DNA from: Thermoleophilia bacterium | GTDB lineage: Bacteria; Actinomycetota; Thermoleophilia; Gaiellales; JAICJC01 | Reading direction: 5' to 3' | DNA: 64,000 nucleotides | Assembly: GCA_025934255.1 (NCBI GenBank) | Contig: JAICYJ010000005.1 | Coordinates: 3,876 to 67,875 of the forward strand | Part shown: piece by piece, positions 8,639-17,528 of the stretch | Layout of the letters: each line of letters begins with the position of its first letter | Numbering within the stretch: the stretch's first letter is position 1 | Position numbers and translations under genes: made by a program | The notes under the pieces: generated by a model | Seen by the model: only the letters and a program-made list of their open reading frames with translations | Told to the model about the DNA's origin: nothing | Database searches by the model: none

Positions 8639-9540
8639 TGGAACAGATCGCAACACTGCTGGGAGACACGCGGCCGGCGCTCAGCGACGGTGCCATCGGC
8701 ACCATGCTGCAGGCGGCCGGTCTCATGCCCGGCGCCTCCCCCGAGATCTGGAACGTCGAGCGGGCCGACGCCATGCGCGTGATCCACACCGCCTACGCCG
8801 ACGCCGGCGCGCGCCTGCTCACCACCAACACCTTCGGCGGCACCCGCCCTCGCCTGGCCCTGCACGGCCACGAGGATCGCGTGCACGAGCTGAACGAGGC
8901 CGGAGCCCGCATCGCCCGCGACGTGGCGGACGGCTGCGATGCGCTGGTGCTCGGCAGCATCGGCCCCACCGGCGACCTGATGGAGCCGCTGGGGCTGCTC
9001 AGCCACGACGACGCCGTCGACCTGTTCGCCGAGCAGGCCGGCGGCCTGGCCGCCGGCGGCGCCCACATCCTGCTGTTCGAGACGTTCAGCGACCTGGGCG
9101 AAGTGCGCGCCGGCGTCGAGGGGGCGCACCGCGCCGCACCCGACCTGCCCGTGGCCGTGACCATGACCTTCGACCTGAAGGGCCACACGATGATGGGTGT
9201 CAGCCCGTCCCAGGCGCTGGCCGAGATATCCGCGCTCGACGTCGAGCTGATCGGCGGCAACTGCGGCAGCGGGCCCGACGAGATCGAGGCCGTGATGGTG
9301 ACCATGTCCGCCGAGCGTCCGGACGGCGTGCTGCTGCTCGCTCAGAGCAACGCCGGCCTGCCGCAGCTGGTCGGCGACGAGTTCCGCTACGGCGGCACGC
9401 CGGAGGTGATGGCCGACTACGCCGTGCGCATGCAGGAGCTCGGTGTCGACGTGATCGGTTCATGCTGCGGCAGCACGCCCTCGCACACGGCCGCGATGCG
9501 CGAGGCGCTCGGCCTGCACGTCCAGACCGCGCGTGGATGA
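8638..9540 (+). CDS. Homocysteine S-methyltransferase domain protein (stand-alone MetH N-terminal/Bmt-like)
   Basis: LSDGAIGT, TTNTFG, GSIGP, LFETF, Zn ligands GGNCG and GSCCGS, SNAGLP. Confidence 0.9.
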   Translation: MEQIATLLGDTRPALSDGAIGTMLQAAGLMPGASPEIWNVERADAMRVIHTAYADAGARLLTTNTFGGTRPRLALHGHEDRVHELNEAGARIARDVADGCDALVLGSIGPTGDLMEPLGLLSHDDAVDLFAEQAGGLAAGGAHILLFETFSDLGEVRAGVEGAHRAAPDLPVAVTMTFDLKGHTMMGVSPSQALAEISALDVELIGGNCGSGPDEIEAVMVTMSAERPDGVLLLAQSNAGLPQLVGDEFRYGGTPEVMADYAVRMQELGVDVIGSCCGSTPSHTAAMREALGLHVQTARG

Positions 9541-9546
9541 TTGAAT

Positions 9547-9735
9547 CTAGCCCTCGATCGTGATCGACATGGTCGGGCACGCGTCCGCGGCCGCCTCCAC
9601 CTCGTCGCGCAGCGACTCGTCCACGGCCGCCTGGTAGCGCAGCTCCTGCGGCGACACCAGCTGGAACACCTCCGGGCACTCGATCATGCACTGCCCGTGG
9701 TGCTGGCAGGTCCGCTCGTCCACCACAACCCTCAT
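9547..9735 (-). CDS. P450-associated [3Fe-4S]-type ferredoxin
   Basis: CQHHGQC (CxxHxxC)...ACP; 62 aa; ATGA overlap with the P450 stop. Confidence 0.88.
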   Translation of the reverse strand: MRVVVDERTCQHHGQCMIECPEVFQLVSPQELRYQAAVDESLRDEVEAAADACPTMSITIEG

Positions 9736-10949
9736 CGCACGCGCTCTCGGTCGAACGCGATCGGCAGCTCCACCGGCCCCGTCAGCCCGCTCACGGGCCG
9801 CACCACCGGCTCCGCGGTGTAGCGCGGGTTCGGCATCCGGCGCGCGATCAGCGGTAGCGCCTCGCGCATGTCGATCCGTGCCAGCCAGTGCCCGATGCAG
9901 TGGTGCGCACCGCCGCCGAACCCGAAGTGGGGCGGCCGCTCGGCGGTGATGTCGAACCGCCCGTCCTCGCCCACCGCCAGCGGGTCGGTGTTGGCCGGGT
10001 ACGACAGCAGGTGCAGCGTGGTGCCCTCGGGCAGCGCCAGCCCGCCGAACTCCATGTCCTCGGTGGTGCGCCGCGTCGCCCACATCACCGTCGGGTTCCA
10101 GCGGATCAGCTCCTCGACCGCGTTCGGCGCCAGCTCCGGCCGCTCGGCCAGAAGCGCGCACTGGTCGGGGTGCTCGACGAACAGCTGCATCGCCAGCCCC
10201 AGCTGGTTCTTGGTCGTGTCCATCCCCCCGAACACGATCAGCGACACCATCGCCAGCAGCTCGATGTCCGACAGCGACCCCTGCTCGGCGTCGTGCGCCT
10301 GCACCAGGCTCGAGACGACGTCGTCGCGCGGCCGCACCCGCCGGTCGGCGATCAGCTCCTCCGACACCGCATACAGGTTCTGCAGCGCGTCCTCGATCCG
10401 GCCCTGGTGCTCGCGGATCGTGACGCCGAACGACAGCCCCAGGTCGGTCGACCATCGCGCCAGGTCGTGCCAGCGCGCCTCGTCCATGCCGATCAGCTTG
10501 CACAGCACCCGCGCAGCGTACGGCTCCGCGAACTGCGAGACGAACTCGCAGCTGCCCGCGGCCGCGTAGGCGTCGATCAGCTCGTCGGCCAGCGCCCGGA
10601 ACTCCGGGCCCATCCGCTCGATCAGCGTCCGCGAGAAGGCCGGGTTGGCCAGCTTGCGCAGCCGCCGGTGGTCGTCGCCCTCCTTGCTGAGCATGATCTC
10701 GGCCCACCATTCCGACAGCAGCCCCTGCTCGATGCCGTTCTGGGCCGGCCAGGCAAAGCTGCCCTGCCGCAGCCGCCGGTCCTTCAGAAGCGCGCTCACC
10801 TCGTCGTAGCGCAGCACCGCCAGGCCGAAGTTGGTGCGCGCCCACCAGCTCTGCTCGCGCGCCGCGGCCACGGCCGCGGACGAGGCCGAGAAGAACGGAT
10901 CCGAGATGTCGAACGACGGGACATCGGCGGTGTCGATCGAGAGCGTCAT
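9732..10949 (-). CDS. Cytochrome P450, CYP151 (PipA/MorA)-like
   Basis: FGGMDTT I-helix, EELIR, FGFGGGAHHCIG heme motif; GLAVLRY, LRQGS.AWPA.NG, FAEPYAARV, TERPPHFG-type segments recall CYP151A. Confidence 0.9.
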   Translation of the reverse strand: MTLSIDTADVPSFDISDPFFSASSAAVAAAREQSWWARTNFGLAVLRYDEVSALLKDRRLRQGSFAWPAQNGIEQGLLSEWWAEIMLSKEGDDHRRLRKLANPAFSRTLIERMGPEFRALADELIDAYAAAGSCEFVSQFAEPYAARVLCKLIGMDEARWHDLARWSTDLGLSFGVTIREHQGRIEDALQNLYAVSEELIADRRVRPRDDVVSSLVQAHDAEQGSLSDIELLAMVSLIVFGGMDTTKNQLGLAMQLFVEHPDQCALLAERPELAPNAVEELIRWNPTVMWATRRTTEDMEFGGLALPEGTTLHLLSYPANTDPLAVGEDGRFDITAERPPHFGFGGGAHHCIGHWLARIDMREALPLIARRMPNPRYTAEPVVRPVSGLTGPVELPIAFDRERVR

Positions 10950-10965
10950 GCCCCGGGATTCTGCC

Positions 10966-12405
10966 TCAGTCGCCAAGCTCTTTCCGGCGCCGGGTGACGT
11001 AGTCGGCCAGCTCCTGGCGCAGCTCCGGGTTGATCGCAGGCGGCTCGTACTGCTCCAGCCGCTCGCGCCAGATCTCGCCGGCCCGCGCGGTCGCGTCGTG
11101 CTCGCCCAGCCGCTTCCAGCGCTCGAAGTTCTCCGTCGACGACAGCAGCGGCCGGTAGAAGCAGTCGCGGAACCGCTCCAGCGTGTGCGCCGCGCCCAGG
11201 AAGTGCCCACCCGGGCCGACCTCCTCGTGCGCCCCGAATGCGAGCGAGGCCTCGTCCACCTCGAGCGGGGTGAACTCGACCTTCAGCATCCGCAGCACCT
11301 CGACGTCGACGATGAACTTCTCGTAGCACGAGACCAGGCCCGACTCCAGCCAGCCGGCCGAGTGCATGACCCAGTTGGTGCCGGCCAGGAAGGTCGGGAT
11401 CATGGTCATGCAGGCCTCGTAGGCCGACTGCGCGTCGACCGTCTGGCTGGACGTGAAGCCGCCGCCCGACCGCCACGGCAGCCCGAAGTGACGCGCGATC
11501 TGGCCGGTGCAGAACAGGCCGGTGGCCGACTCCGGCGTGCCGAAGCTGGGCGACCCCGACTGCATGTCGGTGTTCGAGAGGAACGACCCGAAGATCACCG
11601 GCGCGCCCGGCCGCAGCAGCTGCGCCAGCGCGATCCCCGCCAGCGCCTCGGCCATCTGCTGGACGAGCGCCGCCGGGATCGTCACGGGCGACATCGCCCC
11701 CATCAGCAGGAACGGCGTGATCACGACCGGCTGGCCGGCGCGCACGTACTCGAACATGGCCGCCAGCATGCGGTCGTCGTAGCGCAGGGGCGAATTGACG
11801 TTGATCAGCGCGATCACGCCCGGCGTGCGCTCGATCGACTCGCGGCCGCCGAGCAGCATCTCGGTCATGCGCAGCGAGTCGGCCGCATTGGGCCCTGAAG
11901 TGACGGATCCCATGTAGGGCTTGTCGGTCAGGGTCTGCAGCGCGAACACCATGTCCAGGTGGCGGGAGTCGAGCGGCCGGTCGTTGGGCTCGCAGATGGT
12001 GCCGCCGGCCGAGTCGAGCTCGTCGAAGGACTGGGACAGCATGGTGAACCGCTCGAAGTCCTGCATCGTGGCGTCGCGGCGGACGTCGCCCTCGCGCACG
12101 AACGGCGGCCCGTAGACCGACGCGAATGCCATGTGATCGCCGCCGATGTGGATGCTGTGCTCCGGGTTGCGGGCCTGCACGTCGAACTCGTGCGGCGCCT
12201 TCGCCACCTGCTCGAGCACGAAGTCGGGGTCGAGGAAGACCTTGTCGCCGTCGGTCTTCTGGCCGGCCTGGGCGAACACCTCGACCGCCTCCGGCAGGAT
12301 GAACTCGACGCCGATCTCCGAGACGATCCGCCGCCAGCCCGCATCCAGGGTGACGATCGCCTGCTCTGACAGAATCTCGTAGCGCGGCATCCGGTTGACG
12401 AACAT
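10966..12405 (-). CDS. mttB: MttB superfamily methyltransferase, non-pyrrolysine, copy 2
   Basis: NVNSPL, ITPFLLMGAMSP, SGSPSFGTPE, GLPWRSGGG, HSAGWLESGL, YEKF; GAGAGG RBS before ATG 12405. Confidence 0.92.
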   Translation of the reverse strand: MFVNRMPRYEILSEQAIVTLDAGWRRIVSEIGVEFILPEAVEVFAQAGQKTDGDKVFLDPDFVLEQVAKAPHEFDVQARNPEHSIHIGGDHMAFASVYGPPFVREGDVRRDATMQDFERFTMLSQSFDELDSAGGTICEPNDRPLDSRHLDMVFALQTLTDKPYMGSVTSGPNAADSLRMTEMLLGGRESIERTPGVIALINVNSPLRYDDRMLAAMFEYVRAGQPVVITPFLLMGAMSPVTIPAALVQQMAEALAGIALAQLLRPGAPVIFGSFLSNTDMQSGSPSFGTPESATGLFCTGQIARHFGLPWRSGGGFTSSQTVDAQSAYEACMTMIPTFLAGTNWVMHSAGWLESGLVSCYEKFIVDVEVLRMLKVEFTPLEVDEASLAFGAHEEVGPGGHFLGAAHTLERFRDCFYRPLLSSTENFERWKRLGEHDATARAGEIWRERLEQYEPPAINPELRQELADYVTRRRKELGD

Positions 12406-12417
12406 TCGTCCTCTCCC

Positions 12418-12451
12418 TAAGATCTTAATATGTGGAACGATCGTTCCACAT
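12418..12451. promoter_or_regulatory. Divergent promoter with perfect 22-bp palindrome (candidate IclR operator)
   Basis: ATGTGGAACGATCGTTCCACAT (12430-12451) is a perfect palindrome; TAAGATCTTA (12418-12427) gives a TAAGAT -10 on both strands. Confidence 0.7.
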
Positions 12452-13232
12452 GATGAGTCGAAAAGCAATGACCGGAACCCAGGCGATCGATCGTGCCGCC
12501 CAGCTGCTCGTCCTCGTCGTCGAGAACGAGTCGTCGAGCAGCGTCGGCGAGCTGGCCGAGGCGGCCGGACTTCCCAAGAGCACCGTATCGCGCGCAGTGT
12601 CGGCGCTCGAGCGGCAGGGCCTGGTGCAGCGAAGCAGCGCCCGCGGCAGCATCCGTCCGGGGCCGGTGCTGCTGGGCCTGGCCCGGCGCGGCGTCGGCGA
12701 GCAGGACATCGCCGAGCTGTGCCGCGAGGCGCTCGAAAACCTGGCCGACGCCACCGGCGAGACCGTCGACCTGGCGGTCGCCGTGCCCGGCGGCTCCGAG
12801 CAGTACATCGCCCAGGTCGACAGCCGCCACATCCTGGGCACCACCAACTGGGTGGGACGGCGCCTGCCCCACCACTGCACCGCGGTCGGCAAGGTGCTGG
12901 TCGCGTTCGGCGCGGCGCGCCTGCAGCGGGGCGCGCTGGAGCGGCTCACGCCGGACACCATCACCGATCGCGACACGCTGTCGGCAGAACTGGATACGGT
13001 GCGGGCATGCGGATATGCGACCGCCGTGGGCGAGCTGGAGCCGGGCTTGGTGGCCGTTGCGGCGCCGGTGCTTGACGCCGACGGCCGGGCGGTGGCAGCG
13101 ATCAGCATCTCGGGGCCGCAGTTCCGGATACCGAGCGATCGGCTGGACGGGTTTGGCAAACTCCTGACGAAGGAGACGGAAACGCTTTCGGCGCGCCTGG
13201 GATACCGGCCGGCCGGGGAGGGAGCAGCATGA
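12450..13232 (+). CDS. IclR family transcriptional regulator
   Basis: QAIDRAAQLL HTH, GLPKSTVSR, GETVDL, LPHHCTAVGK, ELEPGLVAVAAPV, AISISGP. Confidence 0.9.
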   Translation: MMSRKAMTGTQAIDRAAQLLVLVVENESSSSVGELAEAAGLPKSTVSRAVSALERQGLVQRSSARGSIRPGPVLLGLARRGVGEQDIAELCREALENLADATGETVDLAVAVPGGSEQYIAQVDSRHILGTTNWVGRRLPHHCTAVGKVLVAFGAARLQRGALERLTPDTITDRDTLSAELDTVRACGYATAVGELEPGLVAVAAPVLDADGRAVAAISISGPQFRIPSDRLDGFGKLLTKETETLSARLGYRPAGEGAA

Positions 13233-13897
13233 CCACCGACGAGATCCTGCAAGGCCTGTTCGACAACACGCTGATCGGAAACGCGCCGGCCGTCAAGGAC
13301 CTCACCAACGAGGGCCTGGCCATGGGCATGGACCCCGAGACGCTGCTCTACGACGCCCTGATCCCGTCGCTGGAGGAGGTGGGCGCCCGCTTCGAGCGCG
13401 GCGACTTCTTCGTCCCGGAGATGCTGATTGCCGCGCGGGCAATGCAGGGCGCGCTGGACATCCTGCGCCCACTGCTGGCAGAGACCGGCGCCAAGCCGAT
13501 CGGCACGTTCGTGATGGGCACCGTCAAGGGCGACGTGCACGACATCGGCAAGAACCTGGTCAACATCATGCTCGAGGGCGCCGGCTTCACCGTCTACGAC
13601 CTGGGCGTGAACGTGGCGCCTGAGAAGTTCGTGGAGCAGGTGCAGGAGCACGAGCCGGACATCGTCGGCTTCTCGGCCTTCCTGACCACCACCATGCCGA
13701 TGTTCAAAGCCAACATCAACGCGCTCGAGAAGTCGGGCCTGCGCGACCGCGTGATCGTGATGGTGGGCGGCGCGCCGGTGACCCAGGAGTACGCCGACGC
13801 GGTCGGCGCCGACGGCTACGCCGCCGACGCGTCCACCGCGGTGCGCCTCGCCAAGGCCCTGATCGAGAACCGCCGATCGGCGGCTGCGCCGGCATGA
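13229..13897 (+). CDS. Cobalamin-binding corrinoid protein (MttC/MtgC/MetH cap plus B12 domain)
   Basis: FERGDFFVPEM cap; GTVKGDVHDIGKN (DxHxxG), DLGVNV, SAFLTTTM, VGGAPV. Confidence 0.93.
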   Translation: MTTDEILQGLFDNTLIGNAPAVKDLTNEGLAMGMDPETLLYDALIPSLEEVGARFERGDFFVPEMLIAARAMQGALDILRPLLAETGAKPIGTFVMGTVKGDVHDIGKNLVNIMLEGAGFTVYDLGVNVAPEKFVEQVQEHEPDIVGFSAFLTTTMPMFKANINALEKSGLRDRVIVMVGGAPVTQEYADAVGADGYAADASTAVRLAKALIENRRSAAAPA

Positions 13898-14775
13898 CCC
13901 AGGCCGTCTCCGACCGGTTGCGGTCGCTGGCCGCCACGGCCAGCATCGAGGTGACGCCGCGCCACGCGGCCGCCGTGACCGAGCTCGACGGCGTGTTGCC
14001 CGCCGGGACATCGGTCTACATCACGGCGCTTCCCGGAGCCGACCCGTTCGACCTGGTGACGGCTGCCGCGACCATCCGCGCCGCCGGCCACGTGCCGGTG
14101 CCGCACCTGACGGCGCGCGCCATCGCCGGCGACGAGGCGCTGGATGCGCTGCTCTCGCAGCTCCGCGAGCGCGCCGTGGTCGACGACGTGCTCGTGATCG
14201 CGGGCGGAGGGGCGACCGTCGTCGGCGACTACCACAGCTCCATGGACGTGCTGCGGTCGGGCCTGCTGGAGCGGCACGGCATCATTCGCGCCGGCGTCGC
14301 CGGGCACCCCGAGGGCAGCCCCGACATCTCACCCGAAGCGATCCTCGAGGCCCTGGTCGAGAAGAACGCCTTTGCCGCCGCATCGGCGATCGAGCTTCGC
14401 ATCGTCAGCCAGTTCGCGCTGGCCGCCGAGCCCTACGTGGCGTGGGAGCGCGGGCTGCGCGAGGCGGGAAACCGGCTGCCGGTGGTGGCAGGCATCCCCG
14501 GCGTGACCTCGCCTCCGTCGCTGCTCAAGTTCGCGCTGGCCTGTGGCATCGGCCCCTCCGTGGAGGTGCTCCGCAAGCAGTCGGGCGGGTTGCTGAAGCT
14601 GGCAACGACCCGGCTGTGGCGGCCCGACCAGCTGGCCGAGGGCATCGCCCGGTCGACCGTCGACGATCCCGGCAGCCTGATCCAGGGGCTGCACCTGTTC
14701 CCCTTCGGCGGGGTCGAGCGGTCGGCCCGATGGCTGGCCGAGATGCGCACCGCGCCGGCCGCGGTGTCGGCATGA
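13894..14775 (+). CDS. metF: Methylenetetrahydrofolate reductase family protein
   Basis: SIEVTP, VYITAL, VPHLTAR, VAGHPEG, IVSQF, GLHLFPFGG. Confidence 0.78.
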   Translation: MTQAVSDRLRSLAATASIEVTPRHAAAVTELDGVLPAGTSVYITALPGADPFDLVTAAATIRAAGHVPVPHLTARAIAGDEALDALLSQLRERAVVDDVLVIAGGGATVVGDYHSSMDVLRSGLLERHGIIRAGVAGHPEGSPDISPEAILEALVEKNAFAAASAIELRIVSQFALAAEPYVAWERGLREAGNRLPVVAGIPGVTSPPSLLKFALACGIGPSVEVLRKQSGGLLKLATTRLWRPDQLAEGIARSTVDDPGSLIQGLHLFPFGGVERSARWLAEMRTAPAAVSA

Positions 14776-14793
14776 GAGCCGAAAGGACGCGGA

Positions 14794-15666
14794 ATGCAGA
14801 CCACCATTGAGTCGCGGTCACGCACGGTCGTGATCGGGGACGGCGCGCCGTTCTGCGTGATCGGCGAGCGCATCAACCCCACAGGCCGAAAGGCGTTCCA
14901 GGCGCAGCTGCAGGCCGGCGACCTGTCCCAGCTCGAGATCGACGTGGCCGAGCAGGTGGCCGGCGGCGCCGACGTGCTGGACGTCAACGTGGGCGATCCG
15001 CTGGCCGACGAGATCGAGCTGATGCGGGCGGCCGTGCCGATGGTGCAGGGCCTGACCGACCTGCCGCTGTGCATCGACTCCTCCATCATCGAGGCGCTCG
15101 AGGCCGGCCTGGGAGCCTACGAGGGAAAGGCGCTGGTCAACTCGGTCACCGGCGAGGACGAGCGGCTGAACCTGATCCTGCCGATCGTGGCCCGCCACGG
15201 TGCTGCGGTGATCGGCCTCGCCAACGATGACGAGATCCCGATGGAGCCGGAGCGGCGGCTGGAGGTGGCCCGCAAGATCGTCTCGGTCGCCGGCGACCAC
15301 GGCATCCCGCCGCAGGACGTCGTGATCGATCCGCTGGCGATGCCGGTCGGCGCCGAGCCGCGCGCGGTCACGCTGTTCCTGGAGACGGTGCGGCTGATCC
15401 GCGACAACCTGGGCGTGAACATGACCTGCGGCGCCAGCAACACCTCGTTCGGGCTGCCCGGCCGCCACGCCCTGGGCGCCGCCTTCCTGGCCGTCTCGCA
15501 GAGCCACGGGCTGACCAGCGCCATCATGGACGCGCGCGCCCGCGAGTGCGTCGAGTCGGTGCGAGCCACCGACTTCCTGCTCGGCCAGGACGAGTGGGGC
15601 GCCCGCTGGATCGCCGCGCACCGGGCCAAGCTGGCCGCCCAGGCCGCGCAGGCCGCGACAAGCTAG
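14794..15666 (+). CDS. Pterin-binding methyltetrahydrofolate:corrinoid methyltransferase (MetH pterin domain/AcsE-like)
   Basis: VIGERINPTG, LDVNVG, LCIDSS, LVNSV, IDPL, CGASNTSFGLP. Confidence 0.88.
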   Translation: MQTTIESRSRTVVIGDGAPFCVIGERINPTGRKAFQAQLQAGDLSQLEIDVAEQVAGGADVLDVNVGDPLADEIELMRAAVPMVQGLTDLPLCIDSSIIEALEAGLGAYEGKALVNSVTGEDERLNLILPIVARHGAAVIGLANDDEIPMEPERRLEVARKIVSVAGDHGIPPQDVVIDPLAMPVGAEPRAVTLFLETVRLIRDNLGVNMTCGASNTSFGLPGRHALGAAFLAVSQSHGLTSAIMDARARECVESVRATDFLLGQDEWGARWIAAHRAKLAAQAAQAATS

Positions 15667-15668
15667 CC

Positions 15669-17528
15669 GTGTCGGTGAACGCCGAGACGATCGAGCCAGG
15701 CACCGGCCGCGTCCGGCTGACGTTCGCGCCCGACGGCGGCGAGGTGCGCGTGCCGGCCGGCACCACCGTGTTCGACGGGGCCAGCTGGAACGGCATCGCC
15801 ATCGACTCGACCTGCGGCGGCCACGGCACCTGCAAGAAGTGCAAGGTGCGGATCACCGACGGCGATGTGCCGGTCGACACGCTGGATCCGCGCGCCTTCA
15901 GCCCCGACGAGCTGCGCGGCGGCTGGCGGCTGGCCTGCCGCGCGATCGCCACCCACGACCTCGCCGTCGAGGTGCCGCCGCTGCAGACCCGCCCCAAGGC
16001 GGCGCTGGTCGGCGTCGGCCGCCACGTGATCCTGCGCCCGTCCGTGCAGAAGCGCTACCTGGAGCTGAAGGAGCCGTCGCTGGAGGACCAGGCGTCCGAC
16101 ATGGAGCGCGTGGTCCATGCCGTCGAGGACTTCGAGCTGCGGGTGGAGCTGGGCGCCGCTCGCGGCATCGGCCGCACCCTGCGGTCGTCCGACTTCAAGG
16201 TCACTGCCGTCATCTGCGACGACGTGCTGATCGACGTCGAGCCCGGTGACACCACCGAGCGGCGCCACGCGATCGCCTTCGACCTGGGCACGACCACGGT
16301 GGTGGCGACGCTGCTCGACCTCGCCACCGGCCAGCCGCTGGCCGTGCGCTCGATGCTGAACCGCCAGCAGCCGTTCGGCGCCGACGTGATCTCGCGCGTG
16401 TCGGCCACGATGATGGACCCGGACGCGCTGGAGATGCTGCAGCAGCGGGCGCATGAGACGATGAACGGCCTCGCCGGCGAGGTCTGCGAGGAGGCCGGCC
16501 TGTCACCGGCGGAGGTGTACGAGATCGTGGTCTGCGGCAACGTCACGATGATGCAGCTGGCGCTGGGCATCGACCCCGAGCCGCTGGGCATGTCGCCGTT
16601 CATCATCACCGCCCGGCGGCTGCCGCCGGCGGTTGCCTCCGACTTCGGCGTGCGCGTGCACCCGCGCGCGCCGGCCGCCGTGTTTCCCGCTCTGGGCGCC
16701 TACGTGGGCGGAGACATCGTGGCCGGCATGCTCGCCACCGGCCTCACCCGCGACCGCCGCGTGCGCCTGTTCATCGACGTCGGCACCAACTCCGAGATCG
16801 CACTCGGTTCCAGCGAGCGGGTGGTCGCGACCGCCGCACCGGCCGGCCCCGCCTTCGAGGCCGCCCAGATCCGCTGCGGCATGCGCGCCGCTGAGGGCGC
16901 GATCGAGGGCGTCGCGATCAGCGGCGAGGAGATGACGCTGGAGGTGATCGGCGACGCCGCGCCGGTCGGCATGTGCGGCTCCGGGCTGGTGGATGCGGTC
17001 GCCCAGCTGGTGTCGGCGGGCCTGCTCGACCACTCCGGCCGCTTCATCCCCGACGAGGACGCCGCCGAGCTGCACCCGCAGCTGAGCACGCGGCTGGTGA
17101 AGGTGGGCGAGGAGCGGGTGTTCGTGCTGGCATGGCGCGGAGACGACCCAGCGAACGCGATCTACCTGTCGCAGCGCGACGTGCGCGAGCTGCAGTTCGC
17201 CAAGGCCTCGATCGCGACCGGATGGCGGATATTGATCAAGGAGCTCGGCCTGGACGAGGACGAGATCACCCAGGTGCTGCTGGCCGGCAGCTTCGGCAGC
17301 TACCTCTCGCCGGCCAGCGCCGTGCGCATCGGCCTGGTGCCGAAGCTGGCGCTGCCGCGCATCATCTCGGCCGGGAACGTGGCCGGCGAGGGCGCCAAGA
17401 TGGCGGCGCTGTCGCTGCGGGAGCGGGCGGCAGCCGACGCCATCCTGGATGAGGTCGAGTACGTGGAGCTGTCCGGGCGGGCAGACTTCAACGACATGTT
17501 CATGGACGAGCTGGCGTTCCCGGGATGA
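15669..17528 (+). CDS. ASKHA (DUF4445/RACo/RamA-like) ATP-dependent corrinoid reductive activase with N-terminal 2Fe-2S
   Basis: CGGHGTCKKC...RLAC; FDLGTTT, FGADVISR, DVGTNSE, AGPAFE, GMCGSG, DVRELQFAK, LAGSFG. Confidence 0.9.
   Translation: MSVNAETIEPGTGRVRLTFAPDGGEVRVPAGTTVFDGASWNGIAIDSTCGGHGTCKKCKVRITDGDVPVDTLDPRAFSPDELRGGWRLACRAIATHDLAVEVPPLQTRPKAALVGVGRHVILRPSVQKRYLELKEPSLEDQASDMERVVHAVEDFELRVELGAARGIGRTLRSSDFKVTAVICDDVLIDVEPGDTTERRHAIAFDLGTTTVVATLLDLATGQPLAVRSMLNRQQPFGADVISRVSATMMDPDALEMLQQRAHETMNGLAGEVCEEAGLSPAEVYEIVVCGNVTMMQLALGIDPEPLGMSPFIITARRLPPAVASDFGVRVHPRAPAAVFPALGAYVGGDIVAGMLATGLTRDRRVRLFIDVGTNSEIALGSSERVVATAAPAGPAFEAAQIRCGMRAAEGAIEGVAISGEEMTLEVIGDAAPVGMCGSGLVDAVAQLVSAGLLDHSGRFIPDEDAAELHPQLSTRLVKVGEERVFVLAWRGDDPANAIYLSQRDVRELQFAKASIATGWRILIKELGLDEDEITQVLLAGSFGSYLSPASAVRIGLVPKLALPRIISAGNVAGEGAKMAALSLRERAAADAILDEVEYVELSGRADFNDMFMDELAFPG

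Noticed and set aside
9732-11210. Apparent N-terminally extended or fused ORFs (P450 to 11210, etfA to 24206, Fe-S protein to 22869, ADH from 17449, Flp to 52717)
   Set aside because: The extensions overlap real neighbouring genes in another frame. Stop/start overlaps or RBSs define shorter genes.
3719-12405. Pyrrolysine (amber) recoding in the mttB genes
   Set aside because: Both ORFs are continuous with no in-frame TAG, and no pyl genes are present.
8320-14793. Cobalamin riboswitch upstream of the corrinoid genes
   Set aside because: The intergenic gaps are under 50 bp and hold no B12-box; none found.
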